A DNA stretch of 64,000 nt, taken from an uncultured Planctomycetaceae bacterium. GTDB taxonomy: Bacteria; Planctomycetota; Planctomycetia; Isosphaerales; Isosphaeraceae. Shown in pieces: positions 41,101 to 52,219 of this stretch. The position numbers and the translations under genes were made by a program. Position 1 is the stretch's first letter; every line of letters starts with the position of its first letter. The notes below the pieces were generated by a model. The model was not told where the DNA came from and ran no database searches. It saw nothing but the letters and a program-made list of their open reading frames with translations. The DNA lies in contig CAWIAD010000002.1 in the NCBI GenBank assembly GCA_963833985.1, forward strand, positions 1,184,001 through 1,248,000, in the 5' to 3' direction.

Positions 41101-43532
41101 CGATCTTCAATACGGACCCGAAGTTGCTTTACTCGGACCCCGTTCCGGTCCGTCGCCTTGCCCTCTTCCTTGAGAGCCAGGCACGCCGGGCCAGCGAGGA
41201 CCGTTGGTATGGGGAAGAATCGCGCGAGAAGGTGGGTCAAACGTCGCCCCCCTATCACGAACGCGTGGCACGCGCGTTCGAGGGAGATGTCAAGGGACTG
41301 GGGCTGCCGGGAGAGGGAGAGTCGACCGCGACTTCGCGCGCCGGAGATCTGCGCCTCAGCGGCCGGGATCGTCTGGCCATCACCAGCGAGCCGCGCGTCG
41401 ACGTGTCCTACCGGCTCGAGGCCGACGACGACCCCGTGCTTCAGCGTGGGGTTGCCGTTGTCGGGATCGACCCCGACCCGTTTCATCCGTTATCGGGTCC
41501 GGCCCCTCCGAAGGCGATGCCCCTGGCGAGGGATAAGTCCCGGGATCTGACGCGCTCCGTGACGGCTCCCTCGGGGCAGGAATGGAATCTGTCACGGCAG
41601 CGGCTTGCAGCGCGGCAAGAACAACTGCGCGCGCGGGCATTGTTTCGCGGCCGGATCATCGAAAAGACAACCCAGATCGCTTTCACTCCCATGCCCGATG
41701 TGCGCATCGTCCAGCCGCCCAACTCATCCAGCGGCATCGTGGTCACATCGAGCGCGGAGGCCAGTGGGGAGAGCCATCCGGACGGGGCCATTGCCATCGT
41801 GCTGGACGCCTCGGGAAGCATGGGGGGCCAGGGCGATCAGCCCGGGAAATCCAAGTACGCCGAGGCGGTCGAGGCGCTGAAGCTCGTGCTGTCTCGCCTA
41901 CCTGAGGGAACCCGGATCAGCATCTGGGTCTTCGGGCAAGCCATGGGCTCGGGGCTGACCGTCGAGGCCGAGCGCGCCATCCAGTGTCTGGTACCCCCGG
42001 TCCGATGGCGCACCGACCTGCTGCCGGGATTGACGAAAGAGCTGACCTCGTTCCGCCCCTGGAACCAGTCCGCCGTGCTGCGGGCCATGCTTCAGGCTGC
42101 CCAGGACCTTGAGGGCGTGGAAGGTTACAGGGCGCTCGTAGTCCTTACCGACGGAGAAGACAATCGCTGGCAGCGCGACTCCGAGGCTAACCCTCAGCAC
42201 CTGGAAGTGGCCCCGGCGCTTCGTGAGCGGTTTGACCAGGCGGGTATCGCCATCCACGTGATCGCCTATCGCGTCCACGACTCCCTTGAACGTGATCGGA
42301 CCCAGGCCCAGTTTCAGGTGGTCACGCGATTCAAGACGCGCGGATCCTTTCTGCTGGCGGACGAGGCGGGAATGCTCGCGGAACGACTTGACCGATCGAT
42401 GCCTCGCGGCCTCAGCTACCGGCTACTTCAAGGCGACAACCGCCCGGTCGCGGGTATGACACCCGGCGGCATCCCCGTGGGGCGCCCCGGCACGCTCGAT
42501 CGTCCGCTGCGGCTGGCACCGGGAGGCTATCAATTCTGGCTTCAGGGACAGGAGCGTGCGGGCAACGAGATTGTGGTCGATGCCGGGCGCTGGCTGCTCC
42601 TGAAGGTTGTTCCCGGATCAGGCCCATCAGATCTGAGGGTGATCCGCGGTCTGTACGCGTCCGAACTGTTCCCCTTCCGGCCGGCTCGACGCGACGTCAG
42701 GTCGCAATGGGTCCTCTCGGCGCTGCAAAACGGCCTGGAGAATGGGGGGGGACTTCAAACGGTCCTCACGCTGGAGCGGACCTTCGATGCCAGGGAGGCC
42801 ATCCTTCAATCGGTCTACCCGCGCGAGGTCTGGGTGGAACTGGTTCCCGACAGCGGAGAACGCCGCGGTATCGCGACCCGGCTCGTGGCGTTGCCCGGAT
42901 ATCCGGGGCCAACCTGGAATGCGGACGCGATGAGCTGGCCGTCCGATGCCGGCTCGAAGCTGCCAGCCGCCCCGGTACTCGAGGCCTGGTGGGATCCTGA
43001 CCGGCCTGCAACCGCCGACGCCTCGCTGACGCCCGGACGCGACTTTCAGTCCCTGGACGACTTGCAAGCGCAGACGATCGACATCGGGGGCAAAGCGGTG
43101 ATCGTGGAGAGCGTGTCCCTGGAGACGCAGACCGTCATGATCGATTCCGAGCGAACCGGGCGGCGCCCCTGCCTCGTTGTGCGGGTTGCCCACCCGCCAG
43201 GCCACCCGGTCCGGGTGCGGCTGGACGCCCTCGGAATTGCGGGATCCGAGGAATGGTTCTACCAGGAGGCCGGAAAGGCGACGGCTCTGTTCTGGCCGTT
43301 CACGGCGGACCAGGGAGTTGCGGCGGTCCATCGGATCGAGCTGTTCTCGCTCAATGGCTTCAAGCAGGTGGCCGAGCAGCGGGGGTTCCATATTCGTTTG
43401 AACGGGCTCGGGTCCCCCCAGGCCGGCGACTCCCGGCCGCTCTCCGTTCTGGCGGGGGGAATCCCGCCGAGATCGACCTCCGAGGACCTCCCTGCCTCCG
43501 CGCCACTTCCTCCGCATCGGCAGGAGCGCTGA
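38138..43532 (+). CDS. Large membrane-anchored protein with caspase-like domain (Cys replaced by Thr) and vWA domain; frameshift near 38930
   Basis: TM helix; ALHG...YFLLQD...KVLILDATR, VISASRVNEKSW...SVF...LSLDHLFEAV...QRP; MIDAS motif IVLDASGSMG and LVVLTDGED. Confidence 0.8.
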
Positions 43533-43703
43533 AACATGCCGTGCCTCACGACTGTTCCCGGACACCAGGTGACAGGTCATCCGCGCCACGGTCCCGGAAT
43601 GCTCCGCCGCCTCGGGCCCGATCGCCGTCGAACGGGCCAGTTCCGGACGCACGGGCTGCGGCCATCGGCGGAGAATCTCTCTGACGAAGGCGGTTGCTGT
43701 GCT

Positions 43704-44510
43704 CTAATGCCGATTCCGCAACGGCTCTGTATGCTGTTCCAGCGAGCTTTCAAGCATCTGGAGGCTTTCAAGCAATCTCGACGGGGATCGCGACTCAGGC
43801 TCGTCTCGCCGCGGCATGCGATTCAAGACGATCAGGATGACCGCTGCCCAGGCAGCCGCCATCACCTTGAGAATCAGGCTCAGCATGTGGAAGGGAGGGG
43901 GATCGAAAGCGCCGAGATGGAACAGGGGAAGCCCATTGGCCCCGAGGTACAGCCAGGTCGCCAGTGTGATCACGAACAGCGTCAGTGCCTGGGCCGATCC
44001 GCCCCTGGACGCAAGCAAACGAGCGGCACGCGTCTCGAGCGAGGGATTCGCCCGCCATTCATCCTCGTTCTGCCGTCTCGATTGATCCTCGAGCGACATG
44101 GAAATCGAGCGCAGTCGCCGCGCCACTCGCGCTATGATCGCCACAAGAATCCTTGGAGCTTGTGCGCTCAGTTCGTCGAGGTCGGATCGATCCAGAACGC
44201 ACAACTCGCAATCTCCGAGGGCGGTTGCCTGGTAGAGCGACGGAACGCCGCCCAGGAGGAGTTCCTCGCCGAAGAAATCTCCTTCACCATGACTCGTCAC
44301 GGTCGGGCGGCCCATGTCGTGCTCGGTGGAGAGCTCGATGGTACCCCCGCAAACCACGAACATCACATTGCTTCGCTCTCCCCGGCGCAGCACGACCGCG
44401 TCCTTCGGATAGTGCCTGTGCGTGAACAGGCGGCCAAGGAGCTTTGCCTGCTGGGGATCCAGGCCAGCCAGTTCGGATCGGCTCGGGCTGGCAATCGAAT
44501 CAAGCCCCAC
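43704..44510 (-). CDS. Cyclic-nucleotide-binding domain plus DUF1003-like membrane domain protein
   Basis: VLRRGERSNVMFVVCGG...GDFFGEE...ATALGDCELCVL; WLYLGAN...FDPPPFHMLSLIL; GTG at 44510 with GGAGGAG upstream. Confidence 0.8.
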   Translation of the reverse strand: MGLDSIASPSRSELAGLDPQQAKLLGRLFTHRHYPKDAVVLRRGERSNVMFVVCGGTIELSTEHDMGRPTVTSHGEGDFFGEELLLGGVPSLYQATALGDCELCVLDRSDLDELSAQAPRILVAIIARVARRLRSISMSLEDQSRRQNEDEWRANPSLETRAARLLASRGGSAQALTLFVITLATWLYLGANGLPLFHLGAFDPPPFHMLSLILKVMAAAWAAVILIVLNRMPRRDEPESRSPSRLLESLQMLESSLEQHTEPLRNRH

Positions 44511-44776
44511 GCATGCTCCTCCCCGGTGGATCCTTGAAGTCTGGATGATCCCAGTTCGGTCCTGCGGACGCGCTGGATTCTTGATTCTAGTTGATGTCCC
44601 GGAGCATGGCACGGAATTTCGATGGGGCAACGATCTGAAAGAGGCTGCATCGAAACCTGGTCCCGGTGGTGGGAAGCCAATGATCCGATCGCGGACAAGG
44701 GGGCCTTCCTTCCGGAACCCCTGGGACGGGGCAGGGCCGTGGATGATACGCGAGCCGTTGTTCGAGGAGAGTCGCG

Positions 44777-45427
44777 GTGAAAGACGAGACAGCCGAGTTC
44801 GTATATCCGATCCTGGATTACCTCCTCCAGTCGAAGGAACGACTCGATCGCGGCGAAGCACCCTCGCTGGACGAGGAGCAACTGACTCTGGGACGGTTGC
44901 TGACGCGCGAGCTGAGGAAGGAACACCACTCCGGCTCCGAGACGCAAGAGAAGGTCTCGTCGCGTCAGAGCGAGGAGCTGCGCTATGCGATGGTGTGCGT
45001 GATCGACGAGTTTTTCATCTCCCACACGTCTTGGGGCGAAAGCTGGAACGAGCGCAAGTTCGAGTCCAGGCACTACGGCACCAATGACCGAGCCTGGAGG
45101 TTCTGGAGGGGTGCCAGGCAATCGCTCGCGGACGGCGATGTCGAGATGGTGGAAGTTTACCTGGTCTGCGTGATGGTTGGGTTTCGAGGTCAGATGGCCG
45201 ACGATCGCCCGGGACTCCAGGACTGGGTGGGCAAGGCACAGCGCTTGATCGAGACGCGGCGGGCGAGATTCTGGGTGGATCCTCCATCCCGCGAACCCCG
45301 CACCTTCGTTCCACCGCTTCGGGGCCGGCGGAGCATGGAGTCGGCCTCGCTGGGCCTGGGAATCCTGGCTCTCGCCACCGTCTCTCTGCTCGTGTTTCTG
45401 GCCGTGCAGCAACTGGGAAGCTTGTGA
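44777..45427 (+). CDS. tssL: T6SS membrane protein TssL (DotU family)
   Basis: LRYAMVCVIDE, WNERKFESRHYGTN, VEVYLVCVMVGFRG and a C-terminal TM helix. Confidence 0.88.
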   Translation: MKDETAEFVYPILDYLLQSKERLDRGEAPSLDEEQLTLGRLLTRELRKEHHSGSETQEKVSSRQSEELRYAMVCVIDEFFISHTSWGESWNERKFESRHYGTNDRAWRFWRGARQSLADGDVEMVEVYLVCVMVGFRGQMADDRPGLQDWVGKAQRLIETRRARFWVDPPSREPRTFVPPLRGRRSMESASLGLGILALATVSLLVFLAVQQLGSL

Positions 45428-45460
45428 CCGGAGAGAATCCGGAGAGAGTGGCTGAAACTC

Positions 45461-47005
45461 ATGGCCAGGACAATTTCGCGTGCATTGAGCTCCCGTCCAG
45501 TCCGCATCGCGTTGCTCATCCTCGCGCTCGTGATCGTGCTCGTGGGCGCCGGGGTTTTCAACGTCTGGTCCGGCCTCGAGCAATTCGTGGCCCTCTCTTC
45601 CCACGGGATGCGGGTCCTCTGGCTGCCGCTCGTGCTGCTCCTCATCGTGCTGATTCTCGGCGTCGTCTGGGCATTATGGCGGTTGGCCGCGGAGCAACGG
45701 CGCGTCTCGCAGTTTCCCGATATCGACTGGGCCTGGGAAGAGGCCACGCTGGGCCTGAGAAAAGCCGCAGTCGGACTCGACCGTGCCCCGTTGATCCTGG
45801 TGCTGGGCGAGCCCGCCAACGGCATCGAGGCATTGTTCCAGGCCTCGCGCATGTCATTCCTGGTCTCGGATCTCCCGAGACGGCCGAATGCCCCGGTCAG
45901 GGTCTACGCAACGCGCGAGGCCATCTTCGTGACTTGCCCTGAATCGTCGGTGCTCGCGCGGTTGGCGAACGAGATGGCAAGCCGCTCGGATCCTCGGTCG
46001 ACCACCTCCGGCACGACCGCAGAGGAAACCCCTGACGAACCACCATCATCGCTGCCCCTGCAACCGACCATGCCCGCCGGGGATGCACTCTCATCCTCGG
46101 CCGAGCGCCTGAACCCTGCCGCGCCGGCGGCATCGACACAGGTGCTCGTTGGGCCGGAACCGGTCGCGGCAGCAGCGTCCCCGCACCGTCCAAGCCTGCT
46201 CAGCCGCACGGAAGAAGTGGAAACCCTGAAAGAGCGGCTTCACCATCTCTGCGGCCTGATCGTCCGTGATCGCCGGCCCTTCTGCCCGGCCAACGGCATA
46301 CTGGCGCTCATTCCCTACACCGCGACAGACGACGACTCGCAGGCTCGTCAGGCGGGTATCGCGTGCCACCTGGATGTTTCCACCGTCCGCACGGCGCTGG
46401 GGGTCTCGTGCCCGATGTTTGCCCTTCTCTGCAATATCGAAGAGGCGCAGGGCTTCGATCAATTGATGCGCGCTTACATCTCAATACCTTCGTACGGCCT
46501 TCTGGGCCGATCGTTCCCGCTCGTTCCAGACATGGATGTTCCCGAGCGCGTGCAGATGATCGACAAGGGGATGGAATGGATTTGCCAGAGCCTTTTCGCC
46601 CCGATGACCTATCGACTGTGCGAGCTCGAATCGCCGAACCAGGCAGATCATGCAAAGACTCTCGAGTCGAATGCGGGGTTGATTCGCTTCCTTTCTCACA
46701 CCCACGCGCGATGGCGGCGCCTGGGGCGGATTCTCAGCCGGGTGATCTCCCTCGACCCCGGAGGCGACCTGATGCTCGGCGGCTGCTATCTCGCCGCCAC
46801 CGGGCAGACGGAAAACCAGCAGGGTTTCGTCGCCGGGGTAATGCGGACCGTCCTCGAGCATCAGAACTTCGTCTCCTGGACAACCAGTGCCTTGCAGCAA
46901 GATCGTGCCGAGAGCCGGCGTGCGGCTCTCTGCAACCTCGGCTCGCTTGGCGTCGCGGTACTCGCGGCCGCCGTCGCCTATCTGATCTGGGCCGGTTACC
47001 CGTGA
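45461..47005 (+). CDS. tssM: TssM/IcmF-related N-terminal-domain protein, short and lacking the periplasmic region
   Basis: Two N-terminal TMs; APLILVLGEP; RRPFCPANGIL; D...ALGVSCPMFALLCNIEEAQGF; LGGCYLAATG; C-terminal TM; follows tssL. Confidence 0.8.
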   Translation: MARTISRALSSRPVRIALLILALVIVLVGAGVFNVWSGLEQFVALSSHGMRVLWLPLVLLLIVLILGVVWALWRLAAEQRRVSQFPDIDWAWEEATLGLRKAAVGLDRAPLILVLGEPANGIEALFQASRMSFLVSDLPRRPNAPVRVYATREAIFVTCPESSVLARLANEMASRSDPRSTTSGTTAEETPDEPPSSLPLQPTMPAGDALSSSAERLNPAAPAASTQVLVGPEPVAAAASPHRPSLLSRTEEVETLKERLHHLCGLIVRDRRPFCPANGILALIPYTATDDDSQARQAGIACHLDVSTVRTALGVSCPMFALLCNIEEAQGFDQLMRAYISIPSYGLLGRSFPLVPDMDVPERVQMIDKGMEWICQSLFAPMTYRLCELESPNQADHAKTLESNAGLIRFLSHTHARWRRLGRILSRVISLDPGGDLMLGGCYLAATGQTENQQGFVAGVMRTVLEHQNFVSWTTSALQQDRAESRRAALCNLGSLGVAVLAAAVAYLIWAGYP

Positions 47006-47128
47006 ACCATGCCCGCCTCGGCCGTTGTCACTTCGCTTTCCATCGCCTGGGCATATTCGACGCTGAACATAAATGGAAGATCGGCGTGGGCAGGCTTCTG
47101 GTTGGCTGATCTGTGTCATGCCGATCAC

Positions 47129-47350
47129 TCATTGATGATCTCCGAGATACTGAAAACGGGGTACGGACTGCCCGTCTTTCTGAACAGTCTCCAGGAACAT
47201 CTGCCTGGGCCGTACCCAGAGGCTGCGATCCTCGTATTCCTGCTGGTAAACAACCATTTCTTCAAGTGTCTCACTGTGCCGTGCCACGCCCAGGACCGTG
47301 TATTCCTTGCCTTTGTAGTGGCGGTAGCGCCCCGTGGGGATGACGCCCAT
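47129..47350 (-). CDS. DUF1653 domain protein
   Basis: GRYRHYKGKEYTVLGVARHSETLEEMVVYQ...LWVRPRQMFLE...RF. Confidence 0.92.
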   Translation of the reverse strand: MGVIPTGRYRHYKGKEYTVLGVARHSETLEEMVVYQQEYEDRSLWVRPRQMFLETVQKDGQSVPRFQYLGDHQ

Positions 47351-47430
47351 TGAACCTCCTCATCGTAACTCGCACCGTGACCAAGATCATCTCGAGCTGC
47401 CGCGTGGCGCTTTCCGGGCCATGCAGGCGA

Positions 47431-48066
47431 TCACCTCCGTGCGGCTCCACTGAACATCGAACCGATGATCCGGGGCATTCCTTGCATCACGAACCGCTCG
47501 GCCTGCACCTCCCGGAACGCTCCTGACCGAACGAGAGCCTCGATGTCCACGTCCAGGCGACAGCCATCCCCCAGTTGCCTCTGAAGCGGCGTCAGGCAAC
47601 GTTGCAAGCGCTGGACTCTCGGTTCTTCGCTCAACCCATGCTCCAGATACAGGAATCGCCCGCCTGGCTTGAGCACCCGACTGATCTCGGCCATGGCCTG
47701 CCTGCCATCCCGGATGCTGCACAGCGTCCAGGTGCTCACCACGCAGTCGAATTGCCCGTCCGGGAAGGGCAGCTCCTCGGCGGTTTGAACACGCAGATCG
47801 ACGTCGATCCCACTCCTGTCGATCCTGCGACGGGCGAACCGTATCATTCCCAGCCCAGGCTCGACCGCTGCGAGATGACGGACATGATCGGGGTAATGTT
47901 CCAGGTTGAGCCCTGTCCCGAGCCCGATCTCCAGGATCCTGCCTTCCGCCTGGGCAAGTCGCTTTCGTCGCAGTCCGGCGATCTGGGGCGTCCGCAGCGA
48001 CCAGTCACAGAGGCGGGGAAAGATGTGCCGCGAGTACAGACCCATGAGACCGCCTCTTTCGCTCAA
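47431..48066 (-). CDS. Class I SAM-dependent methyltransferase
   Basis: ILEIGLGTGLN, AEELPFPDGQFDCVV and RVLKPGGRFLYLEH. Confidence 0.92.
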   Translation of the reverse strand: MSERGGLMGLYSRHIFPRLCDWSLRTPQIAGLRRKRLAQAEGRILEIGLGTGLNLEHYPDHVRHLAAVEPGLGMIRFARRRIDRSGIDVDLRVQTAEELPFPDGQFDCVVSTWTLCSIRDGRQAMAEISRVLKPGGRFLYLEHGLSEEPRVQRLQRCLTPLQRQLGDGCRLDVDIEALVRSGAFREVQAERFVMQGMPRIIGSMFSGAARR

Positions 48067-48251
48067 CCACCGTGATCGTCACAGGAGGCGCCCGCGCTCA
48101 GTGGGGCGATGCGGTACCGCGCCGGCAGCCAGACAAGTGGCGATCAGAATCCACACCAGGCCGGCGGGCAATAGAGAGGGACTGCTGTGCGCACTCGCGT
48201 GAACCATTCTCGCCTGGCCATGGGTCCCGGACCCTTCGCTGGCTGCCACGC

Positions 48252-50852
48252 TCAATGCTTGTAGGTCTCGTACAGGCTCCGGATGCGCAGCGATCCCTGG
48301 AAGGCTTCCTTGCTCAGCGGTTTGACCGGGGAGACCTCGATCGTCACCGGGCGGCCCTGCATCACATGCACGAAGTTATCGGAGAAGCGAGCGTCCGCGC
48401 TGTCGAGTTCCAGCCACGTCCACAGGGCCGGATGCTCGGCATGCAGGGTCACCGTGTATCCGCCGTCCCGCTCCGAGATCTCGGCCGACAACCGCGGGTC
48501 AAGGAGATGGAACTCGCGCGGATAGGCCAGCGTCACCAGGTTCTCGGATTCGGTCCGGCCGCCCACGTCAAGCCGCAGCCAGACCAGCAGATCCTCGGTG
48601 CCGTGGCCTTGCAGTGCGTCGCGGAGGGAGAACGACCGAGCCACTCGGGATGTCCGGCCAGGAATCTCGAGGCTGGACGAGCCAGACGCCAGCGCTTTCC
48701 CGGCGAGGTCGGTCACGGTCCAGGTCAGCTTGCCCTGGCAATCGCTCATACGATCGCTGGTGACGTGGACGTCGACCTTGCCGGTTTTCGCGTCCGCGAC
48801 GCCGGAGACCAGGACCGGAGCATAGAACCGCCGGGCCAGGTAGTGCAGGGCCTTCCAGCGGCCGAAGTAATCGACCGATGACCAGGACGAGCACGGCCAG
48901 GTGTCGTTGTACTGCCAGTACACGCAGCCCATCGATCTGGGCATCTCGCGCCGCCAGCTTTCGGCCCCGTACTTGATGCCGTACGCCTGGGTGATCTGGC
49001 TCAGCCACAGCGTGCTTTCAAAATCCTTGGGGTCGCGAAAGTATTTCTTCACGAGAAGCATGATCTTGCTCGTGCCGATCTTGCCGTCCTCGGGAACGTC
49101 CATGTACATGCGATTGGATCGTTCGTGGTACTTCATCACGGGCGAATCGACGGACTCGCGGTCGGCCGGCTCCGTGAAGGTGCGCACGGTCTTCGGCTCG
49201 GGGAACGACTGGAACCCAAACTCGCTGACGAACCCGTGAATATTGCGATACACCTCGAACGGTTTGCCACCGTGCCAGACCTCCCAGAAATGCACGTCGC
49301 CGCAGTCGGGCGAGCCGGTGACGTAGTCGGTCTGCGGAGACAGCTCGCGTACCTGCTCGCCAAGCAGGTCGCGAAACAGCTTGTAATAGTCTCCCGCGCT
49401 CATCTTGTCCCTGGTCCACTGGTCCTTCCCGCGGAAGAACATGATCTCGTTGTTGCCGCACCACAGGGCGATCGACGGGTGATGGCGCAGCCGGAGCAGG
49501 TTGTCGCGGGCTTCCGCCCTGACGTTGTCCAGGAACGCCCGGTCGAACGACGGATAAGTAGTACAGCCGAACTTGAAGTCCAGCCAGATGCACAGGCCCA
49601 GTTCGTCGCACGCATCGAACAGGTCGTCGTCCTCGTAGTATCCTCCGCCCCAGAAGCGGAGGCAGTTCATATTCGCCGCCACGGCGTCGGCCGCGTAACG
49701 GCGGAGAACCTCTCTGGTCAGCCGCGGGGCGAAGCAGTCGGCCGGGATCCAGTTGGCCCCCTTGGCGAAGAACGGCACGCCGTTAACCACGAAGTGCATC
49801 GGCTCCTTGTCGGTCTGCTCGATCGTGCGCAGGGTGCGCAGGCCAATGCGCCTGGTCGACGAATCGAGCACCTGGCCCGTAGCGCCCTGCAATTCCACCT
49901 TCACGTCGTAGAGCGGATGATCGCCCATGCCGGCCGGCCACCAGAGCCTGGGGTCAGCCACGAGAATCTCGGCCCGCGCGCGGCCGTCCCGGACCGGAGC
50001 GGTTGCCGATGCCACGTTCTGCGAGCCAAGGCGCACGGTCATCTTTGCGGTCGCTCCCGCCGGCGGCGCCGGGGCGGCTGTCGCGGCGATCGCCAGGGTC
50101 ACTTTCCCGGGCTGCGCATGGTCCTGCAAGATGGCCACGTCTTCCAGGCGCGCGGTATCGAACGCAACGAGCTCGATCTTCCGCCAGATGCCGCAGGTGA
50201 TCAGCGTCGGCCCCCAGTCCCAGCCGAAGTTGCACGGTTCCTTGCGCACGTAGGCAGCGCCCGGGTAGGCCCAGGTGGGCAGCTTGCGCTCGGCCTCCCT
50301 GTTCCGGATGGCGGGGAGCACGGAATCAAACCGGATCTCGATCTGGTTGGCACCGGGCCGCAGGTGCTTCTTGATGTCGAACTCGTACGTGCGGAACATG
50401 TTGTCCGTTCTGGCGACGACGGCGTTGTTCACCCGGATGGTGGCCAGAGTGTCCAGCCCCTCGCAACGCAGCAAGATATGCGCGCGCGCCAGCAGGTCCG
50501 CCGGGACGTCGAACGAGCGGCCGTAGATCCAGTTCGTTTCTCCCACCCACTGCACGGCCCGCTCGTTGTTCCGGAAAAACGGGTCGGGGATCTGGCCGGC
50601 GGCCATCAGGTCGGTGTGGATCGTGCCGGGCACGGTGGCCGGAATCGCATCGCTACTCCCCTCCTGAACGACTTGCCAGGCGCCGCCCAGGTTCAAGCGC
50701 GACGGTTCGCCCGCGTGCGCGGGGGCAGCCGTCGCGAGTGCGGCTCCCATGACGATCGCCGCGATCAACTGGCCGAGCGGTTTACCCACCATCACGTCCG
50801 TGCGTTGTTCGATCAGTTCCTGCCACTTCACTGCCATGAAATCGCTCCTCAT
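48252..50852 (-). CDS. GH2 beta-mannosidase
   Basis: EGLDTLA, RKEPCNFGWDWGP, FAKGANWIP, RFWGGGYYE, WCGNNE, SEFGFQS and YWQYNDTWP. Confidence 0.95.
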   Translation of the reverse strand: MRSDFMAVKWQELIEQRTDVMVGKPLGQLIAAIVMGAALATAAPAHAGEPSRLNLGGAWQVVQEGSSDAIPATVPGTIHTDLMAAGQIPDPFFRNNERAVQWVGETNWIYGRSFDVPADLLARAHILLRCEGLDTLATIRVNNAVVARTDNMFRTYEFDIKKHLRPGANQIEIRFDSVLPAIRNREAERKLPTWAYPGAAYVRKEPCNFGWDWGPTLITCGIWRKIELVAFDTARLEDVAILQDHAQPGKVTLAIAATAAPAPPAGATAKMTVRLGSQNVASATAPVRDGRARAEILVADPRLWWPAGMGDHPLYDVKVELQGATGQVLDSSTRRIGLRTLRTIEQTDKEPMHFVVNGVPFFAKGANWIPADCFAPRLTREVLRRYAADAVAANMNCLRFWGGGYYEDDDLFDACDELGLCIWLDFKFGCTTYPSFDRAFLDNVRAEARDNLLRLRHHPSIALWCGNNEIMFFRGKDQWTRDKMSAGDYYKLFRDLLGEQVRELSPQTDYVTGSPDCGDVHFWEVWHGGKPFEVYRNIHGFVSEFGFQSFPEPKTVRTFTEPADRESVDSPVMKYHERSNRMYMDVPEDGKIGTSKIMLLVKKYFRDPKDFESTLWLSQITQAYGIKYGAESWRREMPRSMGCVYWQYNDTWPCSSWSSVDYFGRWKALHYLARRFYAPVLVSGVADAKTGKVDVHVTSDRMSDCQGKLTWTVTDLAGKALASGSSSLEIPGRTSRVARSFSLRDALQGHGTEDLLVWLRLDVGGRTESENLVTLAYPREFHLLDPRLSAEISERDGGYTVTLHAEHPALWTWLELDSADARFSDNFVHVMQGRPVTIEVSPVKPLSKEAFQGSLRIRSLYETYKH

Positions 50853-50884
50853 CGGCTAACCTCTGCGACGGGTACATCAGCCAG

Positions 50885-52064
50885 CTAGTGTCCTGAGTTA
50901 CAATTTCGCCAAATAACCTTGAATTATCGTTTATATCATCATATAATCTCTCAAAGGAGATTTATGATGAATAAAGGTGGTCGCCCCAAGGCTACTCTCA
51001 CTTTGAATGATGTCGAGCGCCAGAAACTCGAAGCGTGGTCGCGCCGGCCCAAGACCAGCCAGCGTCTCGCCCTCCGTTCGCGGATCATCTTGGCTTGCGC
51101 TCAAGGTTTCGATAATCAGGAAGTCGCCGCACAGCTCCGGGTGAATGTCGTGACGGTCGGGAAATGGCGGAAACGTTTCCTCCTCGATCGTCTCGACGGC
51201 CTGTCCGACGAGCCAAGGCCGGGGGCGCCCTGCAAAATCACGGACGCAATGGTCGAGGCCGTTGTGACCAAGACTCTGGAGGAGAAACCCAAGGCCGCCA
51301 CGCATTGGAGCACTCGGGGCATGGCGGAAGCCGTCGGCTTGTCTCAGACAGCGATCTCGCGTATCTGGCGAGCGTTCGAGTTGAAGCCTCACCGCAGCGA
51401 GACGTTCAAGCTTTCCACGGACCCCTTTTTCATCGAGAAGGTCCGCGACATCGTCGGGTTGTATATGAGCCCGCCGGAGCGCGCTATCGTCTTGAGCATC
51501 GACGAGAAGAGCCAGGTGCAAGCGTTGGACCGTACCCAGCCGTTGCTTCCCATGGGGCCTGGCCAGGCGGAGAGGCGAACTCCGGATTATGTACGCAATG
51601 GGACGACTTCGCTGTTCGCCGCCTTGGACGTCGCGACAGGTCGTGTGATTGGCAAATGCTACCGTCGCCATCGACAACAAGAATTCCTCAAATTCCTCAA
51701 CGAGATCGATAGCCAGATCGCCAAAGCACCAGGCGTCGAGATTCACCTCGTCATGGACAACTACGGCACACACAAAGCTCCAGCCGTGAAGCGGTGGTTC
51801 GCTCGCCATCCCGAGTATCATCTGCATTTCACTCCCACCAGCGGCTCTTGGCTGAACCAGGTTGAACGATTCTTCGCGGAGATTACCGAGAAGCGAATTC
51901 GCCGTGGAGTATTCCGGAGCGTGGCGGCGTTGGAACAGGCGATCCATGAATTCCTGGCAAAACACAACGTAAATCCCAAGCCTTTCGTATGGACGGCAGA
52001 TGCTGATATGATCTTAGATCGAGTGGCGAGGGTTTGTGAGCGAACTTCTAACTCAGGACACTAG
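50885..52064 (+). mobile_element. IS630 family insertion sequence
   Basis: Terminal inverted repeats CTAG-TGTCCTGAGTTACAATTTCGC and GCGAACTTCTAACTCAGGACA-CTAG; CTAG/TA at both ends; transposase stop lies in the right CTAG. Confidence 0.95.
50964..52064 (+). CDS. IS630 transposase
   Basis: HTH region WSTRGMA; DDE motifs [15 protein letters not shown] and [10 protein letters not shown]. Confidence 0.96.
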   Translation: MMNKGGRPKATLTLNDVERQKLEAWSRRPKTSQRLALRSRIILACAQGFDNQEVAAQLRVNVVTVGKWRKRFLLDRLDGLSDEPRPGAPCKITDAMVEAVVTKTLEEKPKAATHWSTRGMAEAVGLSQTAISRIWRAFELKPHRSETFKLSTDPFFIEKVRDIVGLYMSPPERAIVLSIDEKSQVQALDRTQPLLPMGPGQAERRTPDYVRNGTTSLFAALDVATGRVIGKCYRRHRQQEFLKFLNEIDSQIAKAPGVEIHLVMDNYGTHKAPAVKRWFARHPEYHLHFTPTSGSWLNQVERFFAEITEKRIRRGVFRSVAALEQAIHEFLAKHNVNPKPFVWTADADMILDRVARVCERTSNSGH

Positions 52065-52150
52065 TCATCGCTAAGGCAGATCGATCGAAACGCTCGTCTT
52101 CCCGCTGCCGTTCGCTCCCACGAGCACGGTGAACCGTTCCAGCTCGACGC

Positions 52151-52207
52151 TCATATCCCGCAGGTGTTTGAGAGGCTGGCGATAATCTCATCCGCGAAGA
52201 TTCGCAT
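52151..52207 (-). pseudogene. Remnant of a DUF5615 PIN-like toxin
   Basis: Starts 13 bp after the DUF433 stop as MRIFADEII then stops early; DUF5615 proteins begin MRxLxDEN. Confidence 0.45.
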
Positions 52208-52219
52208 GTTCGCGTCGCA

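Noticed and set aside
49125..50888. 587-aa plus-strand ORF (likewise 57659..59209, 55596..56990 and 20033..21277)
   Set aside because: Antisense to well-supported GH2, GH92, ROK and cassette 4 genes.
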